Source: Auanema rhodensis
Taxonomy: Eukaryota; Animalia; Nematoda
Length of the DNA: 64,000 nt
Reading direction: 5' to 3'
Assembly: GCA_964057225.1 (NCBI GenBank)
Contig: OZ059894.1
Location: forward strand, 6,820,001 to 6,884,000
The translations under genes were made by a program, and so were the position numbers. How positions within the stretch are numbered: position 1 is the stretch's first letter; each line of letters begins with the position of its first letter. Shown here in pieces: positions 9,230 to 21,200 of the stretch. The notes beneath the pieces are model-generated. The model made no database searches, was not told the DNA's origin, and worked only from the letters and a program-made list of their open reading frames with translations.

Positions 9230-12200
9230 GCACATTCACCGGGCACAACGTGACTACAGCCTGAACTTTTTTGCGGTAAAATTTTGATGGGACTTTTACT
9301 TTTTCCGGAAAAGGAGCAACGGAAAATGAATACCCAACGTCAAACCATTTTTATTTGATTATAGTTGATGATCTTTTAGAAAAAGGCACATTCACCGGGA
9401 CAACGTGTCTACAGCCTGAACTTTTTTGTGAACAAATCTCTTAGATGTGCTCGCATAAACCCCTTTTCCGGAAAAAGTAAAAGTCCCAAGAAAATTTTAC
9501 CAAGAAATTCAGAATCTACACATCTGAATACCCTACCTCAAACTATTTTTATTTGATTATAGTTGATGATCTTTTAGAAAAAGGCACATTCACCGGGGAC
9601 AACGTGACTACAGCCTGAACTTTTTTGTGAACAAATCTCTTACATGTGCTCGCATAAGCTCCTTTTCCGGAAAAAGTAAAAGTCCCATGAAAATTTTACT
9701 GAGAAGTTCAGAATCTACACATCTGAATACCCAACGTCAAACCATTTTTATTTGATTATAGTTGATGATCTTTTAGAAAAAGGCACATTCACCGGGGACA
9801 ACGTGACTACAGCCTGAACTTTTTTGTGAACAAATCTCTTGAACGGGCTCGGCATAAACCCCTTTTCCGGAAAAAGTAAAAGTCCCATGAAACTTTTACC
9901 AAGAAATTCAGAATCTACACATCTGAATACCCTACCTCAAACTATTTTTATTTGATTATAGTTGATGATCTTTTAGAAAAAGGCACATTCACCGGGGACA
10001 ACGTGACTACAGCCTGAACTTTTTTGTGAACAAATCTCTTACATGTGCTCGCATAAACCCCTTTTCCGGAAAAAGTAAAAGTCCCATGAAAATTTTACTG
10101 AGAATTTCAGAATCTACACATCTGAATACCCAACGTCAAACCATTTTTATTTGATTATAGTTGATGATCTTTTAGAAAAAGGCACATTCACCGGGGACAA
10201 CGTGACTACAGCCTGAACTTTTTTGTGAACAAATCTCTTACATGTGCTCGCATAAGCTCCTTTTCCGGAAAAAGTAAAAGTCCCATGAAAATTTTACCAA
10301 GAAATTCAGAATCTACACATCTGAATACCCAACCTCAAACTATTTTTATTTGATTATAGTTGATGATCTTTTAGAAAAAGGCACATTCACCAGGCACAAC
10401 GTGACTACAGCCTGAACTTTTTTGTGAACAAATCTCTTACATGTGCTCGCATAAGCTCCTTTTCCGGAAAAAGTAAAAGTCCCATGAAAATTTTACCAAG
10501 AAATTCAGAATCTACACATCTGAATACCCTACCTCAAACTATTTTTATTTGATTATAGTTGATCATCTTTTAGAAAAAGGCACATTCACCGGGGACAACG
10601 TGACTACAGCCTGAACTTTTTTGTGAACAAATCTCTTACATGTGCTCGCATAAACCCCTTTTCCGGAAAAAGTAAAAGTCCCATGAAAATTTTACTGAGA
10701 ATTTCAGAATCTACACATCTGAATACCCAACGTCAAACCATTTTTATTTGATTATAGTTGATGATCTTTTAGAAAAAGGCACATTCACCGGGGACAACGT
10801 GACTACAGCCTGAACTTTTTTGTGAACAAATCTCTTACATGTGCTCGCATAAGCTCCTTTTCCGGAAAAAGTAAAAGTCCCATGAAAATTTTACCAAGAA
10901 ATTCAGAATCTACACATCTGAATACCCTACCTCAAACTATTTTTATTTGATTATAGTTGATGATCTTTTAGAAAAAGGCACATTCACCAGGCACAACGTG
11001 ACTACAGCCTGAACTTTTTTGTGAACAAATCTCTTACATGTGCTCGCATAAGCTCCTTTTCCGGAAAAAGTAAAAGTCCCATGAAAATTTTACCAAGAAA
11101 TTCAGAATCTACACATCTGAATACCCAACCTCAAACTATTTTTATTTGATTATAGTTGATGATCTTTTAGAAAAAGGCACATTCACCAGGCACAACGTGA
11201 CTACAGCCTGAACTTTTTTGTGAACAAATCTCTTACATGTGCTCGCATAAGCTCCTTTTCCGGAAAAAGTAAAAGTCCCATGAAAATTTTACCAAGAAAT
11301 TCAGAATCTACACATCTGAATACCCTACCTCAAACTATTTTTATTTGATTATAGTTGATCATCTTTTAGAAAAAGGCACATTCACCGGGGACAACGTGAC
11401 TACAGCCTGAACTTTTTTGTGAACAAATCTCTTACATGTGCTCGCATAAACCCCTTTTCCGGAAAAAGTAAAAGTCCCATGAAAATTTTACTGAGAATTT
11501 CAGAATCTACACATCTGAATACCCAACGTCAAACCATTTTTATTTGATTATAGTTGATGATCTTTTAGAAAAAGGCACATTCACCGGGGACAACGTGACT
11601 ACAGCCTGAACTTTTTTGTGAACAAATCTCTTACATGTGCTCGCATAAGCTCCTTTTCCGGAAAAAGTAAAAGTCCCATGAAAATTTTACCAAGAAATTC
11701 AGAATCTACACATCTGAATACCCTACCTCAAACTATTTTTATTTGATTATAGTTGATGATCTTTTAGAAAAAGGCACATTCACCGGGGACAACGTGACTA
11801 CAGCCTGAACTTTTTTGTGAACAAATCTCTTACATGTGCTCGCATAAGCTCCTTTTCCGGAAAAAGTAAAAGTCCCATGAAAATTTTACCAAGAAATTCA
11901 GAATCTACACATCTGAATACCCTACCTCAAACTATTTTTATTTGATTATAGTTGATGATCTTTTAGAAAAAGGCACATTCACCGGGGACAACGTGACTAC
12001 AGCCTGAACTTTTTTGTGAACAAATCTCTTACATGTGCTCGCATAAGCTCCTTTTCCGGAAAAAGTAAAAGTCCCATGAAAATTTTACCAAGAAATTCAG
12101 AATCTACACATCTGAATACCCAACGTCAAACCATTTTTATTTGATTATAGTTGATGATCTTTTAGAAAAAGGCACATTCACCGGGGACAACGTGACTACA

Positions 12201-15200
12201 GCCTGAACTTTTCTTGAACAAATCTCTTACATGTGCTCGCATAAGCTCCTTTTCCGGAAAAAGTAAAAGTCCCATGAAAATTTTACCAAGAAATTCAGAA
12301 TCTACACATCTGAATACCCTACCTCAAACTATTTTTATTTGATTATAGTTGATCATCTTTTAGAAAAAGGCACATTCACCGGGGACAACGTGACTACAGC
12401 CTGAACTTTTTTGTGAACAAATCTCTTGAACGGGCTCGGCATAAACCCCTTTTCCGGAAAAAGTAAAAGTCCCATGAAACTTTTACCAAGAAATTCAGAA
12501 TCTACACATCTGAATACCCTACCTCAAACTATTTTTATTTGATTATAGTTGATGATCTTTTAGAAAAAGGCACATTCACCGGGGACAACGTGACTACAGC
12601 CTGAACTTTTTTGTGAACAAATCTCTTACATGTGCTCGCATAAACCCCTTTTCCGGAAAAAGTAAAAGTCCCATGAAAATTTTACTGAGAATTTCAGAAT
12701 CTACACATCTGAATACCCAACGTCAAACCATTTTTATTTGATTATAGTTGATGATCTTTTAGAAAAAGGCACATTCACCGGGGACAACGTGACTACAGCC
12801 TGAACTTTTTTGTGAACAAATCTCTTAGATGTGCTCGCATAAACCCCTTTTCCGGAAAAAGTAAAAGTCCCATGAAACTTTTACCAAGAAATTCAGAATC
12901 TACACATCTGAATACCCAACGTCAAACCATTTTTATTTGATTATAGTTGATGATCTTTTAGAAAAAGGCACATTCACCGGGGACAACGTGACTACAGCCT
13001 GAACTTTTTTGTGAACAAATCTCTTGAACGGGCTCGGCATAAACCCCTTTTCCGGAAAAAGTAAAAGTCCCATGAAACTTTTACCAAGAAATTCAGAATC
13101 TACACATCTGAATACCCTACCTCAAACTATTTTTATTTGATTATAGTTGATGATCTTTTAGAAAAAGGCACATTCACCGGGGACAACGTGACTACAGCCT
13201 GAACTTTTTTGTGAACAAATCTCTTACATGTGCTCGCATAAACCCCTTTTCCGGAAAAAGTAAAAGTCCCATGAAAATTTTACTGAGAATTTCAGAATCT
13301 ACACATCTGAATACCCAACGTCAAACCATTTTTATTTGATTATAGTTGATGATCTTTTAGAAAAAGGCACATTCACCGGGGACAACGTGACTACAGCCTG
13401 AACTTTTTTGTGAACAAATCTCTTACATGTGCTCGCATAAGCTCCTTTTCCGGAAAAAGTAAAAGTCCCATGAAAATTTTACCAAGAAATTCAGAATCTA
13501 CACATCTGAATACCCTACCTCAAACTATTTTTATTTGATTATAGTTGATGATCTTTTAGAAAAAGGCACATTCACCAGGCACAACGTGACTACAGCCTGA
13601 ACTTTTTTGTGAACAAATCTCTTACATGTGCTCGCATAAGCTCCTTTTCCGGAAAAAGTAAAAGTCCCATGAAAATTTTACTGAGAATTTCAGAATCTAC
13701 ACATCTGAATACCCAACGTCAAACCATTTTTATTTGATTATAGTTGATGATCTTTTAGAAAAAGGCACATTCACCGGGGACAACGTGACTACAGCCTGAA
13801 CTTTTTTGTGAACAAATCTCTTACATGTGCTCGCATAAGCTCCTTTTCCGGAAAAAGTAAAAGTCCCATGAAAATTTTACCAAGAAATTCAGAATCTACA
13901 CATCTGAATACCCTACCTCAAACTATTTTTATTTGATTATAGTTGATCATCTTTTAGAAAAAGGCACATTCACCGGGCACAACGTGACTACAGCCTGAAC
14001 TTTTTTGCGGTAAAATTTTGATGGGACTTTTACTTTTTCCGGAAAAGGAGCAACGGAAAATGAATACCCAACGTCAAACCATTTTTATTTGATTATAGTT
14101 GATGATCTTTTAGAAAAAGGCACATTCACCGGGGACAACGTGACTACAGCCTGAACTTTTTTGTGAACAAATCTCTTACATGTGCTCGCATAAGCTCCTT
14201 TTCCGGAAAAAGTAAAAGTCCCATGAAAATTTTACTGAGAATTTCAGAATCTACACATCTGAATACCCAACCTCAAACTACTTTTGTTTGATTATAGTTG
14301 ATGATCTTTTAGAAAAAGGCACATTCACCGGGGACAACGTGACTACAGCCTGAACTTTTTTGTGAACAAATCTCTTAGATGTGCTCGCATAAACCCCTTT
14401 TCCGGAAAAAGTAAAAGTCCCATGAAAATTTTACCAAGAAATTCAGAATCTACACATCTGAATACCCTACCTCAAACTATTTTTATTTGATTATAGTTGA
14501 TGATCTTTTAGAAAAAGGCACATTCACCAGGCACAACGTGACTACAGCCTGAACTTTTTTGTGAACAAATCTCTTACATGTGCTCGCATAAGCTCCTTTT
14601 CCGGAAAAAGTAAAAGTCCCATCAAAATTTTACCAAGAAATTCAGAATCTACACATCTGAATACCCAACCTCAAACTATTTTTATTTGATTATAGTTGAT
14701 GATCTTTTAGAAAAAGGCACATTCACCGGGGACAACGTGACTACAGCCTGAACTTTTTTGTGAACAAATCTCTTAGATGTGCTCGCATAAACCCCTTTTC
14801 CGGAAAAAGTAAAAGTCCCATGAAAATTTTACCAAGAAATTCAGAATCTACACATCTGAATACCCTACCTCAAACTATTTTTGGGGCTGGTATCGTTTCG
14901 CCCACCCCCCCCCCTAAGAGTTAACATTAGAGCGCATGCGTTTTTTACCTGAAAATAAAGAGTCTCATCTCTGTGAGTGGGAGTGCTCTCTCTGATACTT
15001 TTAATACTTTTAAATTTTGTTGAAGCTCTCTCTATCTGGGGGGGATACCCCCCCAGACCCCCCAGATTTGGGATAGAGCACTCCCGCTGGTTTATGCAAA
15101 GCTAGTGCGTGCCCAAAATGTTATCTTAGATCATGCGTTATTTACTCGAAAATACAGTCTCATTTCTGCGAGTTTAATACATTTAAATTTTGTTGAAGCT

Positions 15201-18200
15201 TTCTCTATCTGGGGGGGATACCCCCCCAGACCCCCCGGATCTGGGATAGAGCACTCCCGCTAGTTTATGCAAAACTGGTGCGTTGCCCAAAATGTTATAA
15301 GCGCGCTCTAATGATAACTCTCTGATTATTAGGGGGGGGGGGTGGGCGAAACAATACCAGCGCCCTATTTTTATTTGATTATAGTTGATGATCTTTTAGA
15401 AAAAGGCACATTCACCAGGCACAACGTGACTACAGCCTGAACTTTTTTGTGAACAAATCTCTTAGATGTGCTCGCATAAACCCCTTTTCCGGAAAAAGTA
15501 AAAGTCCCATGAAAATTTTACCAAGAAATTCAGAATCTACACATCTGAATACCCTACCTCAAACTATTGTTATTTGATTATAGTTGATGATCTTTTAGAA
15601 AAAGGCACATTCACCGGGCACAACGTGACTACAGCCTGAACTTTTTTGTGAACAAATCTCTTAGATGTGCTCGCATAAACCCCTTTTCCGGAAAAAGTAA
15701 AAGTCCCATGAAAATTTTACCAAGAAATTCAGAATCTACACATCTGAATACCCAACCTCAAACTATTTTTATTTGATTATAGTTGATCATCTTTTAGAAA
15801 AAGGCACATTCACCGGGCACAACGTGACTACAGCCTGAACTTTTTTGTGAACAAATCTCTTACATGTGCTCGCATAAGCTCCTTTTCCGGAAAAAGTAAA
15901 AGTCCCATCAAAATTTTACCAAGAAATTCAGAATCTACACATCTGAATACCCAACCTCAAACTATTTTTATTTGATTATAGTTGATCATCTTTTAGAAAA
16001 AGGCACATTCACCGGGCACAACGTGACTACAGCCTGAACTTTTTTGTGAACAAATCTCTTACATGTGCTCGCATAAGCTCCTTTTCCGGAAAAAGTAAAA
16101 GTCCCATCAAAATTTTACCAAGAAATTCAGAATCTACACATCTGAATACCCAACCTCAAACTACTTTTATTTGATTATAGTTGATGATCTTTTAGAAAAA
16201 GGAACATTCACCGGGCACAACGTGACTACAGCCTGAACTTTTTTGTGAACAAATCTCTTACATGTGCTCGCATAAGCTCCTTTTCCGGAAAAAGTAAAAG
16301 TCCCATCAAACTTTTACCAAGAAATTCAGAATCTACACATCTGAATACCCAACCTCAAACTATTTTTATTTGATTATAGTTGATGATCTTTTAGAAAAAG
16401 GAACATTCACCGGGCACAACGTGACTACAGCCTGAACTTTTTTGTGAACAAATCTCTTACATGTGCTCGCATAAGCTCCTTTTCCGGAAAAAGTAAAAGT
16501 CCCATCAAAATTTTACCGAGAAATTCAGAATCTACACATCTGAATACCAAACCTCAAACTATTTTTATTTGATTATAGTTGATCATCTTTTAGCAAAAGG
16601 CACATTCACCGGGCACAACGTGACTACAGCCTGAACTTTTTTGTGAACAAATCTCTTACATGTGCTCGCATAAGCTCCTTTTCCGGAAAAAGTAAAAGTC
16701 CCATCAAAATTTTACCGAGAAATTCAGAATCTACACATCTGAATACCAAACCTCAAACTATTTTTATTTGATTATAGTTGATCATCTTTTAGCAAAAGGC
16801 ACATTCACCGGGCACAACGTGACTACAGCCTGAACTTTTTTGTGAACAAATCTCTTACATGTGCTCGCATAAGCTCCTTTTCCGGAAAAAGTAAAAGTCC
16901 CATCAAACTTTTACCAAGAAATTCAGAATCTACACATCTGAATACCCAACCTCAAACTATTTTTATTTGATTATAGTTGATCATCTTTTAGAAAAAGGCA
17001 CATTCACCGGGCACAACGTGACTACAGCCTGAACTTTTTTGTGAACAAATCTCTTACATGTGCTCGCATAAGCTCCTTTTCCGGAAAAAGTAAAAGTCCC
17101 ATCAAAATTTTACCGAGAAATTCAGAATCTACACATCTGAATACCAAACCTCAAACTATTTTTATTTGATTATAGTTGATCATCTTTTAGCAAAAGGCAC
17201 ATTCACCGGGCACAACGTGACTACAGCCTGAACTTTTTTGTGAACAAATCTCTTACATGTGCTCGCATAAGCTCCTTTTCCGGAAAAAGTAAAAGTCCCA
17301 TCAAAATTTTACCAAGAAATTCAGAATCTACACATCTGAATACCCAACCTCAAACTATTTTTATTTGATTATAGTTTATGATCTTTTAGAAAAAGGCACA
17401 TTCACCGGGCACAACGTGACTACAGCCTGAACTTTTTTGTGAACAAATCTCTTACATGTGCTCGCATAAGCTCCTTTTCCGGAAAAAGTAAAAGTCCCAT
17501 CAAAATTTTACCGAAAAATTCAGAATCTACACATCTGAATACCCAACCTCAAACTATTTCTATTTGATTATAGTTGATCATCTTTTAGAAAAAGGCACAT
17601 TCACCGGGCACAACGTGACTACAGCCTGAACTTTTTTGTGAACAAATCTCTTACATGTGCTCGCATAAGCTCCTTTTCCGGAAAAAGTAAAAGTCCCATC
17701 AAAATTTTACCAAGAAATTCAGAATCTACACATCTGAATACCCTACCTCAAACTATTTTTATTTGATTATAGTTGATCATCTTTTAGAAAAAGGCACATT
17801 CACCGGGGACAACGTGACTACAGCCTGAACTTTTTTGTGAACAAATCTCTTGAACGGGCTCGGCATAAACCCCTTTTCCGGAAAAAGTAAAAGTCCCATG
17901 AAACTTTTACCAAGAAATTCAGAATCTACACATCTGAATACCCTACCTCAAACTATTCTTATTTGATTATAGTTGATGATCTTTTAGAAAAAGGCACATT
18001 CACCGGGGACAACGTGACTACAGCCTGAACTTTTTTGTGAACAAATCTCTTAGATGTGCTCGCATAAACCCCTTTTCCGGAAAAAGTAAAAGTCCCATGA
18101 AAATTTTACCAAGAAATTCAGAATCTACACATCTGAATACCCTACCTCAAACTATTTTTATTTGATTATAGTTGATGATCTTTTAGAAAAAGGCACATTC

Positions 18201-21200
18201 ACCAGGCACAACGTGACTACAGCCTGAACTTTTTTGTGAACAAATCTCTTAGATGTGCTCGCATAAACCCCTTTTCCGGAAAAAGTAAAAGTCCCATGAA
18301 AATTTTACCAAGAAATTCAGAATCTACACATCTGAATACCCTACCTCAAACTATTGTTATTTGATTATAGTTGATGATCTTTTAGAAAAAGGCACATTCA
18401 CCGGGCACAACGTGACTACAGCCTGAACTTTTTTGTGAACAAATCTCTTAGATGTGCTCGCATAAACCCCTTTTCCGGAAAAAGTAAAAGTCCCATGAAA
18501 ATTTTACCAAGAAATTCAGAATCTACACATCTGAATACCCAACCTCAAACTATTTTTATTTGATTATAGTTGATCATCTTTTAGAAAAAGGCACATTCAC
18601 CGGGCACAACGTGACTACAGCCTGAACTTTTTTGTGATCAATTCTCTTACATGTGCTCGCATAAGCTCCTTTTCCGGAAAAAGTAAAAGTCCCATCAAAA
18701 TTTTACCAAGAAATTCAGAATCTACACATCTGAATACCCAACCTCAAACTATTTTTATTTGATTATAGTTGATCATCTTTTAGAAAAAGGCACATTCACC
18801 GGGCACAACGTGACTACAGCCTGAACTTTTTTGTGAACAAATCTCTTACATGTGCTCGCATAAGCTCCTTTTCCGGAAAAAGTAAAAGTCCCATCAAAAT
18901 TTTACCAAGAAATTCAGAATCTACACATCTGAATACCCAACCTCAAACTATTTTTATTTGATTATAGTTGATCATCTTTTAGAAAAAGGCACATTCACCG
19001 GGCACAACGTGACTACAGCCTGAACTTTTTTGTGAACAAATCTCTTACATGTGCTCGCATAAGCTCCTTTTCCGGAAAAAGTAAAAGTCCCATCAAAATT
19101 TTACCAAGAAATTCAGAATCTACACATCTGAATACCCAACCTCAAACTACTTTTATTTGATTATAGTTGATGATCTTTTAGAAAAAGGAACATTCACCGG
19201 GCACAACGTGACTACAGCCTGAACTTTTTTGTGAACAAATCTCTTACATGTGCTCGCATAAGCTCCTTTTCCGGAAAAAGTAAAAGTCCCATCAAACTTT
19301 TACCAAGAAATTCAGAATCTACACATCTGAATACCCAACCTCAAACTATTTTTATTTGATTATAGTTGATGATCTTTTAGAAAAAGGAACATTCACCGGG
19401 CACAACGTGACTACAGCCTGAACTTTTTTGTGAACAAATCTCTTACATGTGCTCGCATAAGCTCCTTTTCCGGAAAAAGTAAAAGTCCCATCAAAATTTT
19501 ACCAAGAAATTCAGAATCTACACATCTGAATACCCAACCTCAAACTACTTTTATTTGATTATAGTTGATGATCTTTTAGAAAAAGGAACATTCACCGGGC
19601 ACAACGTGACTACAGCCTGAACTTTTTTGTGAACAAATCTCTTACATGTGCTCGCATAAGCTCCTTTTCCGGAAAAAGTAAAAGTCCCATCAAACTTTTA
19701 CCAAGAAATTCAGAATCTACACATCTGAATACCCAACCTCAAACTATTTTTATTTGATTATAGTTGATGATCTTTTAGAAAAAGGAACATTCACCGGGCA
19801 CAACGTGACTACAGCCTGAACTTTTTTGTGAACAAATCTCTTACATGTGCTCGCATAAGCTCCTTTTCCGGAAAAAGTAAAAGTCCCATCAAAATTTTAC
19901 CAAGAAATTCAGAATCTACACATCTGAATACCCAACCTCAAACTACTTTTATTTGATTATAGTTGATGATCTTTTAGAAAAAGGAACATTCACCGGGCAC
20001 AACGTGACTACAGCCTGAACTTTTTTGTGAACAAATCTCTTACATGTGCTCGCATAAGCTCCTTTTCCGGAAAAAGTAAAAGTCCCATCAAACTTTTACC
20101 AAGAAATTCAGAATCTACACATCTGAATACCCAACCTCAAACTATTTTTATTTGATTATAGTTGATGATCTTTTAGAAAAAGGAACATTCACCGGGCACA
20201 ACGTGACTACAGCCTGAACTTTTTTGTGAACAAATCTCTTACATGTGCTCGCATAAGCTCCTTTTCCGGAAAAAGTAAAAGTCCCATCAAAATTTTACCA
20301 AGAAATTCAGAATCTACACATCTGAATACCCAACCTCAAACTACTTTTATTTGATTATAGTTGATGATCTTTTAGAAAAAGGAACATTCACCGGGCACAA
20401 CGTGACTACAGCCTGAACTTTTTTGTGAACAAATCTCTTACATGTGCTCGCATAAGCTCCTTTTCCGGAAAAAGTAAAAGTCCCATCAAACTTTTACCAA
20501 GAAATTCAGAATCTACACATCTGAATACCCAACCTCAAACTATTTTTATTTGATTATAGTTGATGATCTTTTAGAAAAAGGAACATTCACCGGGCACAAC
20601 GTGACTACAGCCTGAACTTTTTTGTGAACAAATCTCTTACATGTGCTCGCATAAGCTCCTTTTCCGGAAAAAGTAAAAGTCCCATCAAAATTTTACCAAG
20701 AAATTCAGAATCTACACATCTGAAAACCCAACCTCAAACTACTTTTATTTGATTATAGTTGATGATCTTTTAGAAAAAGGAACATTCACCGGGCACAACG
20801 TGACTACAGCCTGAACTTTTTTGTGAACAAATCTCTTACATGTGCTCGCATAAGCTCCTTTTCCGGAAAAAGTAAAAGTCCCATCAAACTTTTACCAAGA
20901 AATTCAGAATCTACACATCTGAATACCCAACCTCAAACTATTTTTATTTGATTATAGTTGATGATCTTTTAGAAAAAGGAACATTCACCGGGCACAACGT
21001 GACTACAGCCTGAACTTTTTTGTGAACAAATCTCTTACATGTGCTCGCATAAGCTCCTTTTCCGGAAAAAGTAAAAGTCCCATCAAAATTTTACCAAGAA
21101 ATTCAGAATCTACACATCTGAATACCCAACCTCAAACTACTTTTATTTGATTATAGTTGATGATCTTTTAGAAAAAGGAACATTCACCGGGCACAACGTG

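Noticed and set aside
9230-9266. Similarity of the core's minus strand (GTTCAGGCTGTAGT) to 7SL/SRP RNA, or a 5S/tRNA origin of the satellite
   Set aside because: Only ~10 nt match. No A/B/C boxes or cloverleaf, and only short A/T-run similarity to the tRNA spacers.
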